Shown: positions 10,383-19,712, counted from the stretch's first letter. The stretch is DNA of 64,000 nucleotides from a virus (IMGVR_UViG_3300020478_000003:32001-96000); one strand, 5' to 3'. The notes: generated by a model from the letters alone, not told the origin. Program-made: numbers and translations.

Positions 10383-11141
10383 ATGGCTAAAGTACAAAGA
10401 ACCGTAACATACAATATGCCTGATGAGTTTGAGCAGGAAGTGCCTACTACTGCGTTGGGTAAAACCTCTACGCAGGAGTATAACGGGCCGGAAACTCTAA
10501 TTCTCTGGATAGACAAAGAATCAAAAGATATTGAGCAAACTTGGGACAAGGATGATTATACAGAACAACCAGTTCCATTAAATTGCGAAGTACACGAATT
10601 ACACGCAGATTCAGACGAAAATTGTATTAAAATTGGAATACTGTTCGGTGGATTTGCTCAACGCAAACTTTATGAAATTCAAGTTGGTCCAGCCGCAGAT
10701 AAGAACAGAGTTATTCCAGATCCTTCGGATCCTAGACAAATCTTTTCTGAAAATGATATTGTCGATGATTATACTCAGCCTCTAAAATTTAGGACAGATT
10801 GGCGCCGATATGATGATGATTTCATACGTGCAGAACGTAATGGTAGATTAAAAGAATCTGATGGAAGAATTGCAGAAGATATGCCTGCAGACCTTAAAGC
10901 AGAATGGGAAGCATATCGCCAGAAATTACGTGATATTCCTGCTGATTGGGCTGCCGTACCTAATCATTTAATTATGTTTCCTCAAGCTCCAGATGGAGAA
11001 TATGACGATAGGTATATTAAGAATGAAGATCCAGAACACGAAGTAACTTTAATTTCGGCTCGTACGGCTGCGGATAATGATGCAATTGGTCAATTAATCC
11101 CGATTGCTGGAATAGATGAAGATGAAAGTTCTCTTAAATAG
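10383..11141 (+). CDS. Tail fibre assembly chaperone-like protein (paralog 2)
   Basis: 'IRAERNGRLKESD...WEAYRQKLRDIP' chaperone motif; YNGP motif shared with 8700..9392. Confidence 0.7.
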   Translation: MAKVQRTVTYNMPDEFEQEVPTTALGKTSTQEYNGPETLILWIDKESKDIEQTWDKDDYTEQPVPLNCEVHELHADSDENCIKIGILFGGFAQRKLYEIQVGPAADKNRVIPDPSDPRQIFSENDIVDDYTQPLKFRTDWRRYDDDFIRAERNGRLKESDGRIAEDMPADLKAEWEAYRQKLRDIPADWAAVPNHLIMFPQAPDGEYDDRYIKNEDPEHEVTLISARTAADNDAIGQLIPIAGIDEDESSLK

Positions 11142-11167
11142 GACCAAAAGAAAAAATTAATATTTTG

Positions 11168-11193
11168 AAGGCTTCTTTCGGGAAGCCTTTTTT
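11168..11193 (+). terminator. Rho-independent terminator
   Basis: AAGGCTTC-TTTCGG-GAAGCCTT hairpin followed by a T run, at the end of the late tail operon. Confidence 0.85.
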
Positions 11194-11220
11194 ATTTGTA
11201 ATATAAGTATAGAAAAAGAC

Positions 11221-11249
11221 TTGACAAGTCTGATTGGTTATGTTATAAT
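11221..11249 (+). promoter_or_regulatory. Sigma70-type promoter (AAAAGAC-TTGACA-N17-TATAAT)
   Basis: Perfect TTGACA (11221) and TATAAT (11244) with 17-bp spacer; upstream AAAAGAC shared with other promoters in the window. Confidence 0.85.
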
Positions 11250-11281
11250 TGTCGTTAAAATTTAATCTGAATTGAGGTGAT

Positions 11282-12427
11282 GTGATGAAAAAAGGTCGTT
11301 CTAAGGCTTTCTTTATTAATGGTGGCGCTGGAAGAGTAATATGTTCTATACCTGCATTTGAAAAATATGCAAAAGATTCTGGTGATAAAAATTTTGTAAT
11401 TGTCTGTGAAGGCGGAATGGACTTCTACCGAGGTCATCCTGTCTTACAAAAACACTCATACGAAGTATGGCATAAAGGTCTTTTCGACCAACATCTCCGC
11501 GATAAAGATATCGTAACTCCAGAGCCATACAGAATCAACGAATATTTCAATCAAAAATGTTCTCTTGCTCAAGCATTTGATATCGAAATCAATGGTCTTG
11601 ATAAGCCTAGAGAATTACCTCCCCCTTCCATCACTCTCAATAAGATGGAATCAGTTACTGGATATCAAGCGATTCAGCAAATCAAATCTCAATTAAACAA
11701 AGACAAAGCACTTATTGTTCAACCATTTGGTCGATCCGTAACACAAGTAGGAGAATATTTAATTGACGGCACTTCAAGATCCTTTGAAGTACAGAATATA
11801 ATCAATATTATTGATGGTCTCCGTAAGTTTTATGCAGTAATTGTAATGGCGGATCTTGCACTTCCTATTCCAGAAAATAAAGAAGCACCAGTTGCAATGC
11901 CCAGAGAACCCAATTTAAGATTGTGGGCTTCTATGATAAATTCCGCAGATCATTTCTTGGGATGTGATTCTGTTGGACAACATATGGCAAAAGCACTTGG
12001 TAAAACCGCTACTGTAGTTATTGGTTCTACTGTACCAATTAATATTTCTTATCCTAATGATGATAATATTGACATTATAGATATTGGAAAAGAAAATGGA
12101 AGAGATTATGCTCCTATTAGACTCACTATGGATGATGAGAAAGATAGGGCGAATGATGGTTCAATGATGCTAACTGAAGAACAAGAGCAACGGGTTATCG
12201 ATTCGTGTATAGAATATTTAGGCGAAGGAAAGGGATTTCAAGGAAGATTTATTCCTACCGGACATACTCAAAGTTGTTCAATGCACAATCCTACTGAAGA
12301 AGCAATTAAAGAATCTAAATATGATTTCAAAGCGGAAAATCTTTTAGCAGATTCTAACAAAGATAAAAACGCTACTATTGAACCGTTTGGAAAAGTTGAG
12401 CCTTACGAAGTGAAAGTAAATGAGTGA
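11282..12427 (+). CDS. GT-B glycosyltransferase, family 9 (ADP-heptose heptosyltransferase-like)
   Basis: N-terminal 'GGAGRVICSIPA' and C-terminal 'ADHFLGCDSVGQHMAKALGKTATVVIG' match the GT9 D-S-x3-H-x-A-x-A-L motif. Confidence 0.65.
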   Translation: MMKKGRSKAFFINGGAGRVICSIPAFEKYAKDSGDKNFVIVCEGGMDFYRGHPVLQKHSYEVWHKGLFDQHLRDKDIVTPEPYRINEYFNQKCSLAQAFDIEINGLDKPRELPPPSITLNKMESVTGYQAIQQIKSQLNKDKALIVQPFGRSVTQVGEYLIDGTSRSFEVQNIINIIDGLRKFYAVIVMADLALPIPENKEAPVAMPREPNLRLWASMINSADHFLGCDSVGQHMAKALGKTATVVIGSTVPINISYPNDDNIDIIDIGKENGRDYAPIRLTMDDEKDRANDGSMMLTEEQEQRVIDSCIEYLGEGKGFQGRFIPTGHTQSCSMHNPTEEAIKESKYDFKAENLLADSNKDKNATIEPFGKVEPYEVKVNE

Positions 12428-14156
12428 GTGGATAGCTGGTATTGCTCTAGGGCATAATGCTGGCGTTTGTTTATTAAAAGATGGTGAAATTGTTTTCTCT
12501 GTTGAGGAAGAAAGACTATCAAAGTTTAAGCACGACGGTGGTCCTCTTCTCAGTATGATGAAAATCTTAGACTATACAGATAAACTTGATTATCTGGTAA
12601 TCTCTCATTTAATAGCTAATCCAGAAGACATAAAAGAATACACGGTTTTAGAATATACTAGAGAACCTCTTTATCAAGGATTTGCCAGAAGATTAGGATT
12701 AATTGAACAATCAAGACTAGTTAAAGAACAATCACCACAAGTTATCAATATGATTGATAACCATCATCAATGTCACTCCGCAATTGCTTTTTACAATTCT
12801 GGATTTCAGACAGCGGCGAGTGTTATTGTAGATAGCAATGGAAGTTCTAATCGATTAACTGATGACGGAGTAATATATTATGAAACAGAATCTATTTTTG
12901 ATTGTTCTTATACAAAAGGAATAAAAACAATATATAAAAAGGTTCATTGTACTAAGGGAAAAAGTTATTTATTACTAAAAAATTATAATCCCGATTTGAA
13001 CGAAACGTTTGATTTAGAAGCAGATGAAGGTCCGGGAATTGGAAAAGTATGGGATGCGGTCACAGATTATTGTGGATTTCACGTAAACGAATGTGGAAAG
13101 ACAATGGGATTATCTGCATACGGCGCACCAAACCCAAACTTACCAGACTTATTTCAAAATGATACTGCTAATAAAGATTTGATAAAAGCATTTTATCCAT
13201 ACAGATCCGAACTGAATACAAACAAATATAATATTTTAGATGTTTTGGAATCAGCCGATCAGGATATGGCTTTCAAAGTACAAGAGGAAACCCAAGAACA
13301 AGTCTTAAAGTTAATTATCAAAGCATCCGAGATGAGTAACAATAAGAATGTGGTATTAAGTGGAGGCTATGCTCTCAATTGTGTTTCTAATTATTATTAC
13401 TTGGATAAACTGAAAGAACACGATATTAATTTGTATGTAGAACCAAATTCGTCTGATGCTGGAACTGCAACTGGTGCCGCCTTGTTATATCATTATCGAA
13501 AAGGTGATATAAATAAACGAGAAAGAATTGAGAGTTTATATCTAGGGCCGGAACAAGAGTATACCGGTTACGATGTTTTTCAAATTATTGACAGTTACAA
13601 TGGACAAGTGAATGATGCTTCATATAAAGAAATTGCCGAACTAATTAAAGAAGGAAATATAGTTGCTATATTTCAGGGTAGGTCTGAAAATGGACCTAGA
13701 GCATTAGGAAATAGAAGTATTTTGTTCAATCCAACCATAAAAAATGGCAAAGATATCGTAAACAAAGTAAAGAAACGGGAATGGTTTAGACCATTTGCCG
13801 CTTCAGTAATGAAAGAATATGCTCACGATTGGTTTGATATGAAAGGCTTAAAAGAGTCTCCTCATATGATGTATGCGGTTGATGTTAAAGAAGATAAGAA
13901 AAATTTAATACCAGCAGTTTTACACGTAGATGATACTTGCAGAATACAGACCGTTAATAAAAATGTAAATGAACATTATTATAATCTCATTGAGGAGTTT
14001 TATAAATTAACAGGTATACCGTTATTGTTCAATACTTCATTGAATCTAGCAGGAGATCCTTTAGCGGAAACTCTTGATGATGTGATGAAAATTTTAACCG
14101 ATTCGGAAATGGAATATTGTTATATGCCCGAACACGCAACTTTAATTAAATTATAA
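12420..14156 (+). CDS. Carbamoyltransferase, CmcH/NodU family (copy 1)
   Basis: EEERLS, HHQCH, GKTMGLSAYG, SGGYALNC, DAGTATGAA, GPRALGNRS, KKREWFRPFA, NTSLN motifs. Confidence 0.9.
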   Translation: MSEWIAGIALGHNAGVCLLKDGEIVFSVEEERLSKFKHDGGPLLSMMKILDYTDKLDYLVISHLIANPEDIKEYTVLEYTREPLYQGFARRLGLIEQSRLVKEQSPQVINMIDNHHQCHSAIAFYNSGFQTAASVIVDSNGSSNRLTDDGVIYYETESIFDCSYTKGIKTIYKKVHCTKGKSYLLLKNYNPDLNETFDLEADEGPGIGKVWDAVTDYCGFHVNECGKTMGLSAYGAPNPNLPDLFQNDTANKDLIKAFYPYRSELNTNKYNILDVLESADQDMAFKVQEETQEQVLKLIIKASEMSNNKNVVLSGGYALNCVSNYYYLDKLKEHDINLYVEPNSSDAGTATGAALLYHYRKGDINKRERIESLYLGPEQEYTGYDVFQIIDSYNGQVNDASYKEIAELIKEGNIVAIFQGRSENGPRALGNRSILFNPTIKNGKDIVNKVKKREWFRPFAASVMKEYAHDWFDMKGLKESPHMMYAVDVKEDKKNLIPAVLHVDDTCRIQTVNKNVNEHYYNLIEEFYKLTGIPLLFNTSLNLAGDPLAETLDDVMKILTDSEMEYCYMPEHATLIKL

Positions 14157-14165
14157 GGATAAAAA

Positions 14166-15947
14166 ATGAGTCAGTGGATTGCAGGAATGTCTCGTGGACA
14201 TAACGCTACAGTATGTTTATTGAAAGACGGAGAAATCGTGATGCAAATCGAAGAAGAAAGATTATCACGAAGAAAATATGATGGCGGACCATATGCCGGA
14301 ATAGTTAAAATTTTGGACTATACAGATAAACTTGATTATCTAGTGATTGCTCATACCCAGCCAGATGTTAGTAATGTAGATTTTAGGGGTGGAAGCATAT
14401 ACAATGGACTTGCTCAAAAATTGGGTCTAATTAATGATGATTCTCAAGTATTGGATATGCACAAATGGCACCATAAATTACACGCCGCTTGTGCTTTTTA
14501 TAGGTCTGGATTTGATGAAGCAGTGGCAGTTATTGTTGATGGTGCCGGAACATTTATTCCATTGATTTTGAATCAAGAAGAAGTTATGTCTTGGGAATTG
14601 GAAACGATAATGACTTGTAATTATCCAGATGAGTTTAAAACTCTCTATAAACATCAAGGAGGTAGAGGACCTTGGGCATCTTATTATGATGCAGAACAGG
14701 AATCTAGTCGAGAAGGCGAAACAGGAACACACGAATTGATACTTGATGATTCTGGTGGTATCGTAAAAGCATATGAAGCCGTAACACAATATTGTGGATG
14801 GGCGCCTATCGAAGCTGGAAAAACGATGGGTTTATTTCCATATGGCGGACCATCTGATTATTTTCCTCCTATATATTCTGATGGAGGTGGTGGAGAATGG
14901 AAAACTACAGACAGAAATTTAATTATTCCAACATTTCCCAATGGAGCAGTGGTCAATGAAACTCGTTACAAAGGATTGAGAAGTACCGCAGAAGATATGC
15001 GAGGTGATGTAACTTTGCTCCAGAATCGTAGAGATATGGCTTGGGCTATTCAAAAAGAATCTCAACAAATGGTTCTTGATTTGATTCGCAAAGCGGTTGA
15101 GATGAGTGGTAAGAAAAATGTTGTTCTTTCTGGTGGATATGGATTGAATTGTGTCGCTAATTACTGGTATCTTGATCAATTAAAAGACGAAGATATAAAT
15201 TTTTATGTAGAACCTGTCAGTAATGATGCAGGAACTGCTATGGGTGCGGCATTCCTGGCCCATTATTCTCTTACTAAAGACACAAAAGTACGACCATATG
15301 GAGAGAATCTGTGTTTGGGTCCTGAGGTAATGCAATCTACTGAAGATATTATTAAAATTGCAGAAAAATATGGAGCAACTGGTGTATATGAAAAACAATA
15401 TGCAATAGATGCCGTTAAATTAATTTTGAAAGAAAACATTGTTACCTTATTTCAAGATAGGTGTGAGAGCGGTCCAAGGGCTTTGGGCAATCGTTCTATC
15501 CTATATGATCCACGAACGGTTGAGGGAAAAGACTATGTTAACTCCGTAAAAAAGAGGGAATATTTTCGACCGTTCGCAGGATCTATTCTTCACGAACACG
15601 CCCACGATTGGTTTGATATGCGTGGAATGGAAGAATCTCCTCATATGATGTATGCAATGTATTGTAAAACAGAAGAATATGCAAAACAAATTCCGGCTAT
15701 TATTCACATAGACGGAACTTGTAGAATACAAACTGTTAAAGAACATCAAAATCCAATTTACTATGAAATCATTAATGAGTTTTATAAGCAAACTGGAGTT
15801 CCAATTATCTTTAATACATCTTTCAATCTTGCTGGTGAACCCTTGGTGGAAACTATCGATGATGCGATTAGAACATTAGCGGAAAGCGATATCGAATACC
15901 TATATATACCAGAGAAAGAACTTATTATAGAAGTAGCAAACAAGTAG
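14166..15947 (+). CDS. Carbamoyltransferase, CmcH/NodU family (copy 2)
   Basis: EEERLSRRK, HHKLHAA, DGAG, GKTMGL, GPRALGNRS, KKREYFRPFA, HIDGTCRIQTV, NTSFN motifs. Confidence 0.92.
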   Translation: MSQWIAGMSRGHNATVCLLKDGEIVMQIEEERLSRRKYDGGPYAGIVKILDYTDKLDYLVIAHTQPDVSNVDFRGGSIYNGLAQKLGLINDDSQVLDMHKWHHKLHAACAFYRSGFDEAVAVIVDGAGTFIPLILNQEEVMSWELETIMTCNYPDEFKTLYKHQGGRGPWASYYDAEQESSREGETGTHELILDDSGGIVKAYEAVTQYCGWAPIEAGKTMGLFPYGGPSDYFPPIYSDGGGGEWKTTDRNLIIPTFPNGAVVNETRYKGLRSTAEDMRGDVTLLQNRRDMAWAIQKESQQMVLDLIRKAVEMSGKKNVVLSGGYGLNCVANYWYLDQLKDEDINFYVEPVSNDAGTAMGAAFLAHYSLTKDTKVRPYGENLCLGPEVMQSTEDIIKIAEKYGATGVYEKQYAIDAVKLILKENIVTLFQDRCESGPRALGNRSILYDPRTVEGKDYVNSVKKREYFRPFAGSILHEHAHDWFDMRGMEESPHMMYAMYCKTEEYAKQIPAIIHIDGTCRIQTVKEHQNPIYYEIINEFYKQTGVPIIFNTSFNLAGEPLVETIDDAIRTLAESDIEYLYIPEKELIIEVANK

Positions 15948-15954
15948 GAGAAAA

Positions 15955-17382
15955 ATGCAAAATGCTGAGGAAAAATATTTGTCGGAATTAACCGAAGAAG
16001 AATTAGAAGAAGAAAGAAAACTGAGAGTAGTAGATCCAGCTAGGAGCAAAATTTATGAAGAGGAAAGGAAAATGAAGAAAGAAAAAGATCCTACTGGAAT
16101 ACATCGCAATGATTCATTGATTCCTCCACGAGAATTTGAAGGAGCAGATCCGAAAAATTTAGGTAGGGAAGGAGATGTAGATGGTTCTATTCCTGTCGAT
16201 GCTCTTCCTGGTCAATCAGATGGTTTAATTTATAAGAATAAAATTCCTGTGAGTACTGGCGGAGTTCTTGGAGTTGATATGTCTCCGGAGGAACAACGAG
16301 AAAAAAGAAAAGAACTTCCGGACGAACTTAATATTTACGGTCAACCTTCAGAACCTCTTCAGCCTCCACCAAATGCTCCTAAGACAGAAGGATATAGTCT
16401 TGAGGAAGTAAGAGAAATTGTTCAAAAGAAATGGAGAGAAGAACACGGACAACCCGAGACGCCAATATCTGATGAAGAACAAGCAAAACGTACCAAAGCC
16501 GCCCAAAAATTAATTGTCGTTACTGGTGCCGCAGGTTTTATGGGGTCACATTTGGTAAGAGCATTAAATAGTGCAGGACGAGAGGATTTATTGCTTGTTG
16601 ATGATTTGAGCGATCCTGCTAAACTAAAAAATATTTCTAATTGTGTATTTCAGGACTATTCAGATAAAAGTAAGTTTCTAGAACTTTTTGCTTTTATTGC
16701 AGAAAATGGAATGGTTGAACGTATATATCATCTTGGTGCAGAAAGCGACCGTAATTGTCAAGATGGAAAATATTTAATGGAAAACAATTTTCAATATACA
16801 GCCAATCTTATGGACCTATGTCATATGCACAAAATACCTATGGTATATGCTTCTAGTGCCGCAGTATATGGTCAATCAAAAACTTTCGATGATACCACAG
16901 ATAATTATGTTCCAGAAAGTTATTATGCTTTAAGTAAACTCCAAGCAGATAGATATCAAAGAAAATTTACGGCTCACGCGGAAAGTAGAATTATCGGATT
17001 AAGATACTTTAATGTTGTATCAGAAGGAGAATATGAGCAACATAAAGGAGATATGAAATCAGCGGTAGCTTGGATGACAGAACAATTTGACTGGAAGGGA
17101 GAAATAGAATTATTTGAAGGTTCAAAAAACTTCCGTCGTGATTTTGTACACGTTAAAGCCGCTATTTGGATGACAATGAATGCTATGGACAAGGGACGTT
17201 CTGGAATTTATAATATAGGAACAGGAACAGCAAGATCATTTTATGATATGGCTATGGAGATTTGCGAAGATGACCAGAAAATTAAATACATTCCTATGCC
17301 GGAAGAAATAGCAAAAGGATATCAAAAACTAACTAAAGCAAATATGGATAATGCTTGTTTTGGAATAACTACCAGACCTTAA
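15955..17382 (+). CDS. hldD: ADP-L-glycero-D-manno-heptose-6-epimerase with a ~185-aa N-terminal extension
   Basis: 'IVVTGAAGFMGSHLV..LN..G..D.LLVDDL', 'YASSAAVYG', YxxxK (YALSK), 'GLRYFNV...EQHKGDMKS', 'RRDFVHV', 'YNIGTG.ARSF', typical of RfaD/HldD. Confidence 0.85.
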   Translation: MQNAEEKYLSELTEEELEEERKLRVVDPARSKIYEEERKMKKEKDPTGIHRNDSLIPPREFEGADPKNLGREGDVDGSIPVDALPGQSDGLIYKNKIPVSTGGVLGVDMSPEEQREKRKELPDELNIYGQPSEPLQPPPNAPKTEGYSLEEVREIVQKKWREEHGQPETPISDEEQAKRTKAAQKLIVVTGAAGFMGSHLVRALNSAGREDLLLVDDLSDPAKLKNISNCVFQDYSDKSKFLELFAFIAENGMVERIYHLGAESDRNCQDGKYLMENNFQYTANLMDLCHMHKIPMVYASSAAVYGQSKTFDDTTDNYVPESYYALSKLQADRYQRKFTAHAESRIIGLRYFNVVSEGEYEQHKGDMKSAVAWMTEQFDWKGEIELFEGSKNFRRDFVHVKAAIWMTMNAMDKGRSGIYNIGTGTARSFYDMAMEICEDDQKIKYIPMPEEIAKGYQKLTKANMDNACFGITTRP

Positions 17383-17383
17383 T

Positions 17384-17584
17384 ATGATTACAATAATTTG
17401 GTTATTAACATTAACGGTATGCGGAGCAAAGGGAGAATGTGTAAGTCAAGTAATACAAGATTTTGAAGATCAAGATAAATGTTTAACAATTCAACAGGAA
17501 TATGAAGATTTTCCTAAAGATCGAAATCCTAGATGGAAGACGGTAAAATACGAATGTAAGATCAAGGACGGTGAGCAAGTTTGA
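17384..17584 (+). CDS. Small Cys-containing exported/membrane protein (DUF1482/YebW-like)
   Basis: Hydrophobic N-terminus, then C-x5-C ... F-x5-C ... C pattern; abuts both neighbouring genes. Confidence 0.45.
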   Translation: MITIIWLLTLTVCGAKGECVSQVIQDFEDQDKCLTIQQEYEDFPKDRNPRWKTVKYECKIKDGEQV

Positions 17585-18072
17585 GGGAAATTCTAGTAAA
17601 GGATAATTATCTAGATATCGAAGATTTTGAGGTTATCCGAGATACAATGTCCACAGATATGTTTCCTTGGTTTTTCAATGAGGAGAAGATTTATAATGTA
17701 ACCGAAAATACTCTTTTCAATTATCAATTTACCCATACCTTTTACCACGAAGACGAAAGAAAATCCCACCATTTTAATATTCTTCATCCTTTACTGGAAA
17801 AACTGGAACCGAAGAAGTTGATAAGAATTAAAGCTAATCTGAATCCAATCTCTCATAAGCTGATAGAATTTGAATCCCATACAGATCAAGAATACGAGTG
17901 TAATGGAGCGATATACTATATAAATGGGAACAATGGATACACGAGATTCGGAGATGAGAAAATACAATCAAAAGAAAATCGAATAGTATTTTTTGGAGCG
18001 GAGATGATTCATACAGGAACCAATTCTACCGATTGTAAGAATAGGATGGTTATTAATTTTAACTATTTTTAG
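17581..18072 (+). CDS. 2OG-Fe(II) oxygenase-like protein
   Basis: HTD...IYYIN..NGYT.F...ENRIVFF....HTG.......RMVINFNY; H-x-D...H...R facial triad; TTG start. Confidence 0.75.
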   Translation: MREILVKDNYLDIEDFEVIRDTMSTDMFPWFFNEEKIYNVTENTLFNYQFTHTFYHEDERKSHHFNILHPLLEKLEPKKLIRIKANLNPISHKLIEFESHTDQEYECNGAIYYINGNNGYTRFGDEKIQSKENRIVFFGAEMIHTGTNSTDCKNRMVINFNYF

Positions 18073-18084
18073 TTAAATCCATAT

Positions 18085-18282
18085 TTATCCTGGATCTTTC
18101 TTTTTAAGTTCTTTTTTGAAATTGTCAATCATTCCTAAGATTGTTTCATATTCCTCTAATTCTCGGCTTAATTCGTTATTACATCCGATAAGATAGTCAA
18201 TACGTTTTCCGTACTTTTCTTCCATCTTTCTCTCAATTTCAATCTCAAGACCTTTCTTCCACACAAGTTCGGCTAGATTCAT
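18085..18282 (-). CDS. Hypothetical protein
   Basis: 65 aa; overlaps the stop of the upstream minus-strand ORF by 4 nt; fills an otherwise empty gap. Confidence 0.6.
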   Translation of the reverse strand: MNLAELVWKKGLEIEIERKMEEKYGKRIDYLIGCNNELSRELEEYETILGMIDNFKKELKKKDPG

Positions 18283-18509
18283 AGCATTTCTTCATTTTCC
18301 AATAATTTTGTGAGAATAAGATGCTTCATTTCCTCATAATCCTTATCAAATTCTGCCGTTGCTGGATCACCGTGCATTACAAAGGTGTGAGACTCTATAG
18401 GAAATCTCTCCCGTTTGATTACATAGAAATCTGACAGTATTTTATCTAAAACTTCAGAATATCGCTTGTAACGGCGTTGATGAAAAGGGACATAGTCTTT
18501 TTCTTCCAT
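18279..18509 (-). CDS. Hypothetical protein
   Basis: 76 aa; AGGTGA RBS-like sequence just upstream on the minus strand; minus-strand late promoter at 18559-18566. Confidence 0.65.
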   Translation of the reverse strand: MEEKDYVPFHQRRYKRYSEVLDKILSDFYVIKRERFPIESHTFVMHGDPATAEFDKDYEEMKHLILTKLLENEEML

Positions 18510-18522
18510 ATCACCTTTATTA

Positions 18523-18530
18523 TATAAATA
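18523..18530 (+). promoter_or_regulatory. T4-type late promoter
   Basis: TATAAATA upstream of the membrane protein gene and gp13. Confidence 0.7.
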
Positions 18531-18558
18531 GTTAAAACACGTTTTCGTTTCTGTTTAT

Positions 18559-18566
18559 TATTTATA
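18559..18566 (-). promoter_or_regulatory. T4-type late promoter, minus strand
   Basis: TATTTATA on + equals TATAAATA on -, about 50 nt upstream of the only minus-strand gene pair. Confidence 0.55.
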
Positions 18567-18630
18567 CGCTTAAAGTGAACTGATTCCAGAAACGGAAAAT
18601 CACATAAATAACTATAGGAATAAGGGTACA

Positions 18631-18954
18631 ATGGAAACTTTACTGGCAGTATTTGGAGCAAAATGGTGTTGTGTATTTGCATCCACAGCTGGTGGAATAA
18701 CTAATGGATTGGTTCACACTTGGATTGGATGGAAAGGCGAATTAAAAAATGTCGCATTGGCGGCTGCGGCAGGTTGGATAGCCGCAGAATTTTTTATACC
18801 AGCTTTAATGGAACAATTTGAATTTGGTCCATACACGGCATTAGCAATAGCATTTATGATAGGATATATGGGAATCCGAATACTTCCCCATTTGGAGAAG
18901 AAAATTGTCAAAAAGGTCGATAATGCTATAGACAAAATTGGCGAAGACAAATAA
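18631..18954 (+). CDS. Membrane protein, putative holin
   Basis: 107 aa, two to three hydrophobic segments and a charged C-terminal tail; late promoter upstream. Confidence 0.45.
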   Translation: METLLAVFGAKWCCVFASTAGGITNGLVHTWIGWKGELKNVALAAAAGWIAAEFFIPALMEQFEFGPYTALAIAFMIGYMGIRILPHLEKKIVKKVDNAIDKIGEDK

Positions 18955-18968
18955 AGGAAAAGGTTGTA

Positions 18969-19712
18969 ATGGCTAAATTACAAACAATAGATGAATTGAG
19001 GGATTATGCGTATCGAAAACTTGGAGCTCCGAAGATTGAGATCCAAGTGGACGATTCTCAAGCATATGACAGAATAGATGATGCTCTCCAATTATTTGTG
19101 GAGCGACATTTTGATGGAGCTGAAGAGAAATTCATAACAATTGAATTTACCGCGGCTGACGAAACAAACGAATATTTAACCTTGTCGGATGATATCGTGG
19201 CAGTAACACGAATCTACGAACCGGGGAGATATAGTTCTGAAGCAATGTCTGATGTTCGCTACAGAATTATGTTTGATGAAATGTTCGATATGACCAAAGT
19301 CAATATGCAGTTTTTTGAGATAACGATGGAACATCTTGAAATGATCCAAAGTTATTTCAGACTAGACAGAACCTTCACATTTAATAAGGCTAGTCATAGG
19401 CTTTATTCACATTCAGGAAAGATCATAGAAGGAAATAAAATTCTTATCCGAGCCTGGCAAGCAGTTAGACCTGATGAATCAAACGGCTATGCTGTGGATA
19501 TATTTAATGACGAATGGATTAAAAAGTACGCCACTGCTCAAATTAAACAGCAATGGGGTGCTAATATGAAACAATTTGACGGAATGCCTCTTCCTGGTGG
19601 AATCACCATTAATGGGCAACAAGTTTGGGATGAAGCTAAAGAAGAGATAGATAAACTCGAAGAAGAATTTTCCCTTAACTACGAACTTCCAGTAAACTTT
19701 ATAGTGGGGTAA
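18969..19712 (+). CDS. gp13: Neck protein gp13
   Basis: 'LGAPKIEIQVDDSQ..DRIDDALQ.F.ERHFDG', 'WIKKYATA.IKQQWG.N...FDG..LPGGITING'. Confidence 0.93.
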   Translation: MAKLQTIDELRDYAYRKLGAPKIEIQVDDSQAYDRIDDALQLFVERHFDGAEEKFITIEFTAADETNEYLTLSDDIVAVTRIYEPGRYSSEAMSDVRYRIMFDEMFDMTKVNMQFFEITMEHLEMIQSYFRLDRTFTFNKASHRLYSHSGKIIEGNKILIRAWQAVRPDESNGYAVDIFNDEWIKKYATAQIKQQWGANMKQFDGMPLPGGITINGQQVWDEAKEEIDKLEEEFSLNYELPVNFIVG

